Part shown: positions 22,306-34,692 of the stretch, one piece after another
Numbering within the stretch: the first letter of the stretch is position 1
Layout: each line of letters opens with the position of its first letter
Origin: Catajapyx aquilonaris
Taxonomy: Eukaryota
Direction: 5' to 3'
NCBI GenBank assembly: GCA_000934665.2
Contig: KZ539044.1
Span: 1-35,624, forward strand
Length of the DNA stretch: 35,624 nucleotides
Made by a program: the position numbers and the translations under genes
The notes under the pieces: generated by a model
The model's input: only the letters and a program-made list of their open reading frames with translations
Told to the model about the DNA's origin: nothing
Databases searched by the model: none

Positions 22306-22849
22306 CTACAAAAGAGAATTTAATTGACTTCCGGATGTCAATAAATATGTAGGCTTCATTATTCTGTAATGAGTCACATTTTTTTGTCGAATTTGTCACA
22401 AACAGTCAAAATAAACAATGAAGGATGATATCTGTGGCCACATGCTTCGTTGTTTTGAAATCGATTGGATGCTGCAACCTTTGCCCTTGCCTTATTAACC
22501 TTATCTGGCGCATTGGAAAATTCCTCTGCGTTGCCCATAGCGAGTGTCGGAATATTAGGGATCATGGAAAATATAGGATGACATCATGGAGATAATTCCT
22601 GGCACAGTTCAATGCTAAAGCTGCATATTCTATCAAGTGGGTCTATCAGTAGTTATATTTAAACTATTATATTTAAACTCAAATTTTCTGTACTAATGAC
22701 AACAACCCCACTACCATCATCAGATCAACAGCAACCCCTTTATACTGTACAGGCTACAGTATATGAAGAGGATAACACGTGAAACTAAGACAAAGCAATA
22801 CTTTAAAATATATTTAATCGCATTTTAGACACACATCTAAGCTATTTAT

Positions 22850-22850
<1 letters not shown>

Positions 22851-22930
<80 letters not shown>
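22851..22930. repeat. (TAT)n microsatellite, ~26 units
   Basis: Direct reading. Confidence 0.98.
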
Positions 22931-22931
<1 letters not shown>

Positions 22932-24846
22932 AAGTATTACCAAATAATTTGTCCATTGTTTTACTCAACTGGGAAAAAGACATAAGGAACAGGCACAATA
23001 TGAGTAACTTATAATTATGTGCGTCTGCTATTCATAACTTTCTTTTTATGCAAAATAATAATAATGTTTTGTTGACTGTAATAATATTATTGGTCTATTT
23101 TACATTATGCGTTGATAGTACTAGATCTCGCAAATCAGTCGGCTGTCGGTCAAAACACTGGCATCATAACCCTAAGTGTGGTCATCATGCCACTGCCTTA
23201 ACCTTGAATTGATGTCCGTCTGTAGCATTGAGCTGAGCTGATAATATCGAAGAACTGGATAGGAGAATTATGAGGATACCAAAAGTGGTTCAACATACAT
23301 GTGAATACCAAAGTGCCTGTCAGGAAGGTTGATTTCCTTTTCAGACTCCTCAACCACATGTTTGCATCAGTTGGGTTCATCGTCTTTAGCGTCACGATGA
23401 CCTTTTTGTAGCTTTTACAGATTAAAAAGCTCGATTATGTCCTGGCGAAATTCAAAACTTGGAGCTTAGTCTTAATCAAAAGAAACATGTAGAAAGAAAG
23501 AAAAAAAACAACGACCTTCTCTCCACATATCTGGCCTAATGGGCACAAGCCCCTCATATCGTGTCAAAAAAATGTTTACTTACACTAATCAAGAAGTCAG
23601 AAAGTGAGGTCGATCATTCTGGACTTTATCTAAACTGACTCGAGCGATGTGTGTACTGAACAAGAATCACTTAACCCTGTGCCCCTATATCTTTTTCTCC
23701 GAGATACACAGATAATTGCAATTTTAGTAACCGTAAAGGAATTGTCAGGTGACATGGAAGTTCATAGAATAAGTTCAATGAGCTTTCAATATTAAATTTT
23801 GTGTCATTCAGGTAGAAATTGTGTGGCTTAGTACTGTTCTACAAGCTTACATAAATCAGATGCTAATTGAGATGCTTAGCATAGCTTTTGAGCTGATTCT
23901 ATATGACAAAGTTAATCAAGGTCAATAAGGGGTTGCATAACTTTATCTTCTAGAGCTGGATCGGAATTATTAATCGTAAAAGGGAGCAAGATTCAGGTGT
24001 GAAGTGGGTTACGATGTAGGACTCAAAAACATTTTGATTATCGATTATCTTTATGTGGTACCATTCCCTGAATTCAGAGATAATTTCCAAAATGGGCAAA
24101 ATAGTCGGAAATTAGCAATCTGTATGTCAGCAGTTTAAACTAGTAAACAAGTGCCATTCCCTGTCGGCAATGAGCCTGCATCATATATTCATTTAAAAAA
24201 TATGGCAACCCTGCTGTATGATTGAATAATTTTATGGCCTCCTAAGTTCCGAAGGACTGATCTTTCTCGATAGTATTTTCATTGAAGTTTTTCAAGTTTG
24301 TTGTGTTATTCAAATGACTCTTTACGGTACTCATATATGACAGAAAAAAAATATGTTTTTATTCACTGTACGGTGGTGTGTTGCGAATAGATCGCAGAAA
24401 GTTGTAGGCTATAATGTAAGAAAACCATAGAAAAAGTGGCCATAATGGAAATTACCTTGTACTTACAAGTTCAAGGTAGTCTACTCACACACGTACTGTA
24501 CACAAAAAATAACAATTCCATCAGTAGTTGACTATAGTTTCTTTTATATCCATTACCGGCACTATTGTCTCAGCCCTTAGTGCGCAATGATTTGAAAACA
24601 AATCCCAGCCTCTTTCTTATGAAGCCTACAGTATATATGCCGAAAGTCAGTCAACCATATGACAACAATACCAGCTGGCTAAATCTTCAGTTTGACAATA
24701 ATGTACTGTTAACGAAAATATCGAAATGAATTATGAAGCACATGCAATCAGCTATTCTCAATACCAATAGTTGAAAATTGTGCTACCAATTTATTGACAT
24801 GTCATTGGTCTAATACACACTTTCTTAACTTTCTTAATTGGCTCAC

Positions 24847-25013
24847 CTGTATCGGTCGAACTTGGCAAACTTTCTCCAGTCCTGCGGATTAGATTTATAT
24901 GCCTCCATCAGCCCATGAACATACTCCACATTGACACGATCGCCATCAAAGACTTGATGTAATTGGGCAATCAGATCATCCAATGTAGCCACCACTGGTA
25001 TTTGAGTCTCCAT
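24847..25013 (-). CDS. CDO1: Cysteine dioxygenase type 1, coding exon 1 (METQIPVVATLDDLIAQLHQVFDGDRVNVE...AKFDRY-R)
   Basis: ATG at 25013, AG|GTGAGC donor, 167 bp, phase 2; resembles CDO1 N-terminus 'TLADLIRILHQLFAGDEVNVE'. Confidence 0.95.
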
Positions 25014-28000
25014 ATCTTGGGATTTGTTGATGGCGCCTCTAGCAAGCAGCAACAACAGCCAGCTTAGCAGTGGTTAGGCGCCCTGGCAACCGGAGCCTTT
25101 TTCTTCTCCCGCATGACTTTTTCCCGGTGTTGCCGATTTCCTTTTCTAAACCTCAATCTTTCAATCTATGACTACTATGCGCCGGACTCCCAGTTGCGAT
25201 ACTTCCACGCAACTTGGGAGATCGTGAATTGTGTTGGGCCCATCCGGTGAATGCTATGCAGTATTGCCATTATGTGTAATTCTGGTTTTAGCCTATTGTC
25301 ACTTGGACACCTGTTACCGGAACTAGTCCTTTTATGACCTATTTAATCGTAAGGCAATAACTTTTTTGCGTCATAAAATAATTTGAACACAATAAAAAAA
25401 TCCAGATATCACAATATTGTAAGGCATTTGTACTGATAATATTTTGTGGCGAATGACGCAAAAAAATAAATTTTATGATAATTTTAGCTGGATGATAAAA
25501 TATGCGTACAAAAAATTTGAATGGTAATATATTGAGAGGGTATTTTTGAAACGTTATAAAAACACGACTACAAGTGGCCTGATAAAATAGTTTATCTACC
25601 GGAGGAATTTGAACCAGTAATAAAGAATTTATAATTACATGATCGAATATTAAATTAGCATTGATTGCAGCCCGAATACTGGAACAACCTGACCTACGCC
25701 AAGGTAACGAGTTATTTGCCAGTTTATACTCGCATTAAGCTTATGGAACATTTGGAGGGAAATTTACTTATAACTAGAAACGCATATTTTACAAAATGAC
25801 ATTTCCTCCAAATGACAAAAGTAAACAACAATAGTTTGCCTTTATAAAGAGCTTAGAAATTGTATTCGATTTTCCAACCAGTGCATGTGAATAAAATAGA
25901 GGAAAAGTAAACTATTGTAGTGGAGAATCTATATGTCATGACTATTGTAAGTTGTTGAGCTGTTATCTTAGTCCATTAAATCAACGGCACACAAAAAAAC
26001 AACCTTTAGAATTAATTCATTAAACTTTCATTTCTAGAGAAATCAATGGCTGTAATCGTACATACCGACCGTCCTTTTTTTATCATCATGTAGATATGAA
26101 ATCGTAAGAAATTGCATACATTGATTCTGCAGTTGCTATGCCCTTCACCCTTTCGTAACCCGTTAGTTTTTCGCCACTATATGCATCAGGCTCGTGCTGA
26201 TTGACACGCAAGCATATTTCGTATGAAGCGTCAATTCACGATATATGACGACAGCAATTAATAAATGCCTCTCTTTTTTTGTGATTAGTCTTTGGCCAGC
26301 GTAGGAAATCCTAAGCTAGATAGGCCTATCTGGATCTGAAAAATTCTTGGACCAGTTAACCTCTTGACTTTTATCCTCTTGCGTTGGACAAGTCATTATT
26401 GTCACCTTTGACAATCAAAGCCTGACCTCTTAGTGTAGATCCAGCTTATCGCACCCATCAGCGCCAAGATACCAACATGTTGTTTGCCATGTACTGCGAA
26501 TAAATGGTACATGCTTACAGCCACTCAATCAACTGATCACAAAAATGAATGTATAATGAGAGGAAATAATATTAGACAATTACGTGAATGATGTCGCATA
26601 GAAATCAACTGTGGCATATATTTGAGTCCTCATATATAGGGTAGATAATATCTAAACGACGCAGGTATTTCAACAATGTATGGCGGAGGTGGTATGATAT
26701 ATTGTATAGCTTTTTACATCGCAATTCAGTACCAGGAATTTATGGATAATCAATTTTTGATGAAGTACCGGTACCCGGAATTCATATGGCAGCTTTTTTA
26801 GAATGTATGCTATTTGCATTATATTGTTTGGGATATACCACACCTGTATATTCTACATCTCAATAGTATGTTGTAAGCTCAAAACATTTGTGTTGATAAA
26901 CGTCAAAAATATTGTGTTCGATATGACGCAAACATCTCTAGTCAGCCGATCCCCATTCATCTTTATTCATTAATCATGGACAATCTGGCATCAGTGGCAT
27001 AGGTGTCCTGTGGAGTGACCATCAGTTAGTGGTCAGTCCAACCGGTTTCGGTGGGAAGCCCTTGAGGGTTATCAAGGTGTGCGTGGTCACGTCATCGTCA
27101 TTGCCGCGCCCCCCATCAATACACTATTATCATTGACGCTCTCATTCAGTAAAGAACATACCATTCATATCCGGTGGTCAAACAATTTTTTATACTCGAT
27201 TAACACACGCATATCTCGTAAACACTGTTTCCTATACCTGATCTATAAAGAACTGATAAAGTGGGGTGAGTTCATATGCACCTGTAAATGAATCGGATGT
27301 ATAGACGTGCCTGGAAAGCTCAAAGTCACTTGAAGGACAATCATTTTACGTATAAAATACTTACCACGTGATACGGAAACTGGAAACTGGAACACTTTTG
27401 TATTCATATCATGTGCAGTTCGACTTTTTTCAGGTTAATGCTACTGACACAAAAAAACCTGTCTAGAGACAAAAACCATTATGTAAGAGTTAGTCTAGAG
27501 GAAAAGGTGTGGATGACGTAGTAAGAATTTGTAATCAGGTAGAAGCCAGAAAATAATGGCTGTGATTATAAAGGAAGAGATCAATTATTGTTCACTTCAA
27601 AATGGAAATTCCAGAAGAGGCCTGCATATTCATTTAATTTCTTGGGAATATTGTCCAGTAATTTTTCCAGTTATTGTGCGTGTAGGTTGCATACTACGGG
27701 TAATTTTTTTTAAATGACGGAATAATTATCGGAAAGGTAGTCTAAATTGAAGAAATGGTAATTGCCCATCTGTCAGTTATACATTTCACCAATATTTCAT
27801 TGGTGTAAAAGAATTGTGTTTTGACATATCAGTACATTCAGATTCAGCATTTTCATCAGCAATAACATTACTTTCATAGAAGTATTGTTGCCCGACTTTG
27901 CTACATTGTACATAGTTTTTTGTTGTTGAATATGTCTAATACAAATCAGGAATGCTGATCGAACTGTACATAATCCGTGTGTTACATAATAATTATAGCT

Positions 28001-29708
28001 TACATCCGTATCGTTGATATGTCATGGGTGGAATGAGCCGGTCAAATGAATCAGAAGAGTCGAAGCTTCAGGGTGCCAACATGTGTGTATAGATTTCTGC
28101 CGATACGAATGTGCTAAATCATGAATCACACAGTGTGTCCAATCTCAAGCAATGAAAATAGCAACTCACAAAAATGATGCTCTGCAAACGTTTGGTCCCA
28201 TGTGAACTCTTGAATCATTTCATGTTGTCCCCATTCTTCGGACGCATACGGGTAATCAGTAACCCTGGATGAGACTGAGGACACCAGTTTGCGATTCGTG
28301 ATGGGGATGGACTGTCACATGCATTGGTATATGGGGATTTTTGACTCGTAGTATTGAGCGATATTGATATTAGTTGGGACTCGAGGGTTAATCGTGTTCT
28401 ATGGTTAAATCCTGGGCATCAGGATTGCTTTATAATATACCTGGGTAGACGTGTAATTTGCTCTCCACAGCCTATAGTTCCTGGAGTAGTTTTATTATTA
28501 TTAATCCCATTAGATTAGTCTCCTCGCAGATACAGCCTATCATACTTCCATTGCCTCAGTCATTTCCTTCTTCCATTAATGTGACAGCAGATAAAAATAA
28601 AAAAAATGCTTGGTGGTATCATGAACTACCGTCGTATTTTCAAGTGGAAAAGGGACGGCCGTGCGTATAGGGACGCATATCTGCCAGGATATTCTATATT
28701 CCCTGTGCTTGAAGCCCATTATCTCACTTGTCGGTAGCGAGGTTTCTGATATAAAATGGCATATATGTTTCCTGGGAGTTCACCTTAGGAGTTTGAGTTT
28801 GTCTGAATCATTATGAAACATACTCTAAAACTATTTTCAATCGCAATTCACGTGTGAGTAGTAAAAAAAAATCTACTGATCACATGATCCGCATGAATGA
28901 TCGCATGTTACGATACCTTTTAAAATTCGTTATTATATCTCAAACAGGACTAACACAGTGTCTTAGGGTTGTTCTCACCAATGATCATAAAAAATTATGA
29001 AAGAGATGTAGTCTTGGTACTAATAGATTTTCGGGATAAACTCTACGCCTGTTACACCAGCAAACATGTATACTTTATTAAATTCTGTTATATGGATTTG
29101 TATATCGATTTGCTGGATATTGCAGGCAGCAGTTGTCAGTTCTTGGACGAGGTGCAAGTGCCCCTTACATTTGTCTTTTTTTTCCTTTAGTCTTCTAGTC
29201 CGTGATGTTTCCGCCATCGTCATTGTTTTCTAGTCCTGAAACTTCAAACAAGTGACGTTATTTTCGATAATCCATGTGTTGTTAAGATTTATTATAGTAG
29301 GCGTGCTTGTTACAGTCTATACGCATAGCACACACAAAGTTTCAAAATGATTCAGACAAACGTACAGGGTGAACCCTTACACATCCTGTTCCTGTTTAGG
29401 TGTCAGTTTCAGTTTGCGATTTATTTACACTACGCTCCTTATTTCAAGAAGTTGCGTTGGCAAACATATTGTGCCGGGTGGGCGAGAAGTCACTGTGCCA
29501 GAAAGGTTGTCTTTTGGACAAAGACAATTAATTAATACTCGTCATTACGCAGAAAAGTCATGATGCGAAGGACATGGACGCGCGTCGCTTTGTGTTTGGA
29601 TTACGATGGTGTACAGTACATACAGACCTATTGGACTAAAGTAACATGTTCATCGAGTGAATAGATGCATCAACTTTCACTTAAGATGATTATATAAGTA
29701 ATGGAATA

Positions 29709-30566
29709 CACTGTACTTCCGATTATCCGGGCTAATGACTGAACGGGTGTCGCCGGATATTCGGAAAACACGGATAATCGGAAAATTACCATATACCGTA
29801 GACACCGTAAAAATGAGCTATTCGCGGGTTTTTAATGTGCTCCTGTATAGATAGTATGCTTCTACCGAAGCAGCAGTAGCTGAGGGGATTTGGTATCCGG
29901 CTGCAAATCGGGAGGTCCAGGGATCAAATCCCCAGGCCGGCAACTCTGACCGTGGTTTTCTGTGGTTTCCCACGGTCACCCCCAGGTGAATACCGGAGTT
30001 GTTTCCTAATCGTAGGCCACAGCCGCTTCCTGCCTTCCCTATCCCTGCCCCGTACTGGAGGAGGTGCGGCGTTTGTGGGAGGCCTCTTACCCGCACCTAG
30101 AGGGTCGTCTTTCAACCTAGCCCTCTGGGGGACTGCACACGGCCTCCGCCATGAGACATTGCACTTGCACCACTGTCCCCCCCTCCATTCCAGCACCGGA
30201 GAGTTAGAAAATGGTAGAAAAGACCTCCCCCCTACATAAGCCAGAAGGCTTCAAGGGTGTAATTAAAAAAAAAAAGAGAGAGAGATAGTATGCTTCTTGG
30301 TTGAATAATAAAACTTCCCATAGATTTTTACTTTGTCTTCTAGAAAAAGGCTGTTACGAGTATGTTTCTTCGTTGGCGAGACATATTGACAGTAGGTCTT
30401 TTCGTCCCACTGCTATAGTTACTGCCAACTTATTAATTTGCACTGGTACTGCTTAGTTAGCGATATATCTATAGCAGTGGGGCGAAAATTCGACCCATTT
30501 TTTCGGACTTTAATTTAAACATTTATTTTTTGGCGGTGCACGGATTATCCGCACCAGGATAATCTG
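29709..30566. mobile_element. Degenerate Tc1/mariner-type MITE hosting a SINE
   Basis: TA flanks; CGATTATCCG and CGGATAATCG motifs clustered at both ends. Confidence 0.45.
29863..30282 (+). mobile_element. tRNA-derived SINE, type C, full length
   Basis: 14-bp TSD AGATAGTATGCTTC at 29849-29862 and 30283-30296; poly-A tail; diverged A and B boxes. Confidence 0.93.
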
Positions 30567-30653
30567 TATAGTACCGTGTAATTATACCTTCGCCATACCG
30601 TGAGGAGTATACAGTGACTTTCCGCCCATCCTGTAAAATGAACTATTTAACCG

Positions 30654-31330
30654 TAAGGGAGATCGGGGTCGGTTGTAACAAGACTTTTTAGTCTTGATTT
30701 TTAAAATTCAGTTACATATGCATTTAGGCAAAGGTTTTTGAAATGGTGGAAATAAGTCAACATTCCCCTTTGTAAAATATAATAGCATCTTAAATTTACT
30801 TGCTTACTTACGAATAGCTTGCTAATAGCATCTTAATATTAAAAATTGATAGATTCATAAATATTTTTTCAAGGCTAGGCAGAGTGTTACATCCCCCCCC
30901 CCCATCATCTTCTCGATAATTGTCTTATAGCCTACTTGATCCACCTAGATTACTCTTTATTTCTCGATACACTGAAAATTCAGTAGATAAGTATTACAAT
31001 AAAATGGATTTTTTCATATAAATTTTCAACAAACTGGTTATAAGAGGCTTTATTGCACAAAATAATAACTATTTCTACTCTCAATATCATGTGAGATATG
31101 ATGTAGTAACATCTGTACACAGACTTGACCTTTCTCTCATGATTTTACCGTGTTACAACTGACCCCAAGGAGCTGTTACAACCGTCCCCATTGTGTGTTG
31201 TCTTGTAAATATGTTTACTACTTTTTTAACTGTGCACATGATTTGGTCATCCATACCGTCAGTGTGACCCCACTAAAGGAGCCTTTCTCACGATATCAAT
31301 GGCAATTCAATAACACCTCTACCCTCCAAA
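30654..31330. mobile_element. pogo/Tigger-like non-autonomous element fragment (right end uncertain)
   Basis: Terminus GGGAGATCGGGGTCGGTTGTAACA with inverted internal copies TGTTACAACTGACCCC and TGTTACAACCGTCCCC at ~31151-31189. Confidence 0.5.
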
Positions 31331-31431
31331 CCCTCCACTCAAAAAAGTTGGGAACATACCTTGATTTTGGTTTTTTTTCGTATATATAAAAACAAAAAAA
31401 CAACTAAGTTTTGCCCGGCTTATAGGGCATA

Positions 31432-32165
31432 TATCAAAAACTTTCCCTTCAGTAAAAAAAGAGAAGTAAGACCTCCGCGGCGGAATGAAAGTACTGAAAC
31501 AAGGCAGGCGCACGTAAGACCTTCACCAATTGATTTAAGCTGTACCATAGGTCTTACTCAAGCAATTACCAAGTTACTGCTCATGTAGTCTCCTTTCTGA
31601 AAGCAAATTTAGGGAATTTCTGTCGTACTACTAGTTACTTCTAACTAAGCAGTACCAGTGTAGTGCAATGGTACTGCTAAGTTAGCAGTATTAATTTCCC
31701 ATGAGCCACTCCATATTAGTGTTTTATGAAACTAGGAACTTCAATATTAAGCACATTGAATTTCTATGCGATTAGTGCGAATTATTGCCATGAAACATTC
31801 ATGCACAATCGTCACCTCTTTTAGATGCTGATTTTAACTCTAACGTTTAAATTTTTCACATATAAACGTTAAATTGTGAATTTTAGAGGGTCTTTTTCGA
31901 TTGGACCAAGTCTGTTAGGATGGGTTTAGTTTTTCCCCCATTTTTTTTTCTTTTCATAATAAAATCCTACCTACTGCTCTGAGTAGTTTGCAGCAGTCAT
32001 TTTACGAGCCGTTCCATACCGTACTTGAGAATTGCTTGAGTAAGACCTATGGTACAGCTTAAATCAATTGGTGAAGGTCTTACGTGCGCCTGCCTTGTTT
32101 CCGTACTTTCATTCCTCCGCGGAGGTCTTACTTCTCTTTTTTTACTGAAGGGAAAGTTTTTGATA
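31432..32165. mobile_element. Young TA-flanked element with ~136-bp near-perfect TIRs, unclassified
   Basis: 31432-31567 is the reverse complement of 32030-32165 with about two mismatches; three GTAAGACCT motifs per arm. Confidence 0.88.
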
Positions 32166-32385
32166 TAATTTCAGTTCTTTTTTGACAGTACACGTAACTT
32201 ATGCTCTACACTATACAGTCTGCACTATTAATCCATTGGAGACGATTTTCGTCGCTTAGAAGACCCTAAAATTATTTTCACAGACATAGTCGTAAAAAAA
32301 ACGAGAGTCGAGTGCTACCAGCCAACGGTTAGTCTGATTTAATTATTATGAAATAGCCTATATACGCTAAAATATACGGAATATA

Positions 32386-32860
32386 TACATTGAGAACTGT
32401 ACCAGACGAATTTGCTGAAATCGTGGTACTTTGCAAGAATTCAATCAATACTTATCTGCGGCTTGCCTCCGTCACATCTGAAAACTCCCAACCGTAGTTA
32501 ATTTTCGCGAAATGCGACGATTTCAGCAAATCAGTTCGTCTGGCACGTTACAATAAAATACGCAAGTACATGTCTGCAAAACCTGCGTAACGAACAGACA
32601 GTATGTCTGTGTTTCAGTGTTTGCATGGAAATGCCCGGGACATGTATCTTTTCCAATTCCCGGACCCGCGGAAACCAAAACTAGACAACTGTCACCAATG
32701 TCACTTACAACATTATTCGGGGCAACCCTTCAATTATTATCTACATTGAGAACCGTACCACTAGTACCAGCCGAATTTACTGAAATCGTGGAACTTTCCA
32801 AGAATTAAATATGTGTGTGTATATGTGTGGCTTGCCTCTGTCACATCTGAAAACTCCCAA
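32386..32860 (+). repeat. Diverged direct duplication (~110-bp unit, ~360-bp spacing)
   Basis: TACATTGAGAAC...GGCTTGCCTC(C/T)GTCACATCTGAAAACTCCCAA at ~32386-32491 and ~32742-32860. Confidence 0.8.
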
Positions 32861-33026
32861 ACTTATTTAATGTTCAACAATTGCAGCAAATATTAGTCTG
32901 GCAGATTTCTCAAGGTAGATATTCCGCATACTGTAACATAATTTCATAATTAAATCAGTTTAAGAGTTGGCCGGTATTAACTGGCGATGGCGAGGGTGAG
33001 CCAATATTGCATTTGTGACAGATTTC

Positions 33027-33440
33027 TTTTTTATTTTTTAATTACACCCTTGAAGCCTTCAGGCTTATGTAGGGGGGAGGTTTTTCGACCATTTTCTATC
33101 TCTCCGGTGCCAGGATGGAGGGGGGGACAGTGGTGCAAGTGCAATGTCTCATGGCGGAGGCCGTGTGCAGTCCCCCAGAGGGCTAGGTTGAAAGACGACC
33201 CTCTAGGTGCGGGTAAGAGACCTCCCACAAACGCCGCACCTCCTCCAGTATGGGACATGGATAGGAAAGGTAGGAAGCGGCTGTGGCCTACGATTAGGAA
33301 ACAACTCCGGTATTCACCTGGGGGTGACCGTGGGAAACCACAGAAAACCACGGTCAGAGTTGCCGGCCTGGGGATTTGATCCCTGGACCTCCCGATTTGC
33401 AGCCGGATACCAAATCCCCTCAGCTACTGCTGCTTCGGTT
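33027..33440 (-). mobile_element. tRNA-derived SINE, type C, full length; near-identical inverted copy of 29863-30282
   Basis: 16-bp TSD ATTTGTGACAGATTTC at 33011-33026 and 33441-33456. Confidence 0.93.
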
Positions 33441-33947
33441 ATTTGTGACAGATTTCATTAATCGGTATATGTAGTCTAGTAGTGCATAGTACAGCCATAT
33501 TGAAAGCAGAAATTGATGTTTACGTTGCGCGACGATTCGGCTATAACAGACCTTGGCTATAACATACTTTTTCCGCAGTCGGGGAGACTGAGTGGCGCCG
33601 CGGTAACGTGCGCGCCCACGGATGTTAAGGTGGAAATGAAGCGACTTGCTAATCAAATGAGAGTCTAGAATTGGAATGTTAATAAGAAGGGCTAAAATCA
33701 GGGAAACATACGCAACCGATGCAGCAGTAAATGCTGCTCAATTCTATGCATTCCATTCGAATCTGCGTTTTAAACTCGATTTAATATGGGCCTATTACAG
33801 GCTGCAAGTTGTTGTGCGCAGGCGCAATTTTCACGACTGCCAACGTAAACATGGTATTTGGAGGTGTGCTTAATATTTGTTATTTTTGATGGAAATCGAT
33901 TTTATTCGGTCGTAATTACGAGGTCCCAATTTGTCATGGCATTTTAA

Positions 33948-34614
33948 CCCTTTGATGACGAAGTTTTTGAAGGATTGCATTACCCCAGGGCCTGAGTTTT
34001 TTCCCCCCTTTTCCGGAAATTTTATGACCTCGCCGATTTTCTTCAAATTCGGTGCATTGGTAGCCCACACCAAGGGATGAAAAACGCACCTATAGTTACC
34101 TGATCTAAATGACCTCGTGACCCAATTTTGAGGGGGGCAGAGGTCAAATCATAAAATTTCGACCTCACCGGATTTTCTTCAAATTCGGTGCATTGGTAGC
34201 CCACACCAAGGGATGAAAAACGCACCTATAGTTGCCTGATCAAAATGACCTCGTGACCCAATTCTGAGGAGGGCAGAGGTCAAATTTCGACCTCACCGAT
34301 TTTCTTGAAATTCGGGGGTTACACACTTACATTTTTTGCGTACACGTACTACCTGCCTTAACTGCTAATCGGGAGGTCCTGGGTTCGAATCCCGGAGGCC
34401 GGCGACCCTGACCATGGTTTTCTGTGGTTTACCATGGTCCTTGCAGGATAATTCCGGGGTCGTTACCGTAATATAGGCCACAGCCGCCTCCTTCCTTCCC
34501 TTTCCCTGCTTCATTCCGGTGATGAGAAAAATAGTAAAAAATGGAAGAGTTCCAGACAAAAAAATTGGGAGAAATCCCCCTAGGAAAGCCCGTAGGCTGA
34601 TAATGGAGTATCAA

Positions 34615-34692
<78 letters not shown>

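Noticed and set aside
29020..29223. 67-aa minus-strand ORF (MTMAETSRTRRLK...) preceded by an acceptor-like tttcag
   Set aside because: No recognisable homology, weak donor, and the next exon-like block (~28165-28440) has stops in all three frames; at most a non-coding transcript
30063..30147. HDV-like ribozyme reading of module X (7-bp G-initiated helix, crossing pairings)
   Set aside because: No convincing P3/L3, P1.1 or catalytic J4/2 C-x-A motif could be placed by eye; kept only as an unassigned structure
30126..30170. U1 snRNA-like words TGGGGGACTGC and ATTGCAC in module X
   Set aside because: Their order is reversed relative to U1, there is no Sm site or U1 5' end, and ATTGCAC is not kept in the type B copy
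29818..33461. Repeated ORFs with GKPQKTTVRVAG-type peptides (also at 3912, 7132, 9066, 34365)
   Set aside because: Translations of SINE sequence, not proteins
34026..34310. Regular repeats that might suggest a CRISPR array
   Set aside because: Contiguous ~130-bp tandem units without unique spacers, in a eukaryotic transposon; no cas genes
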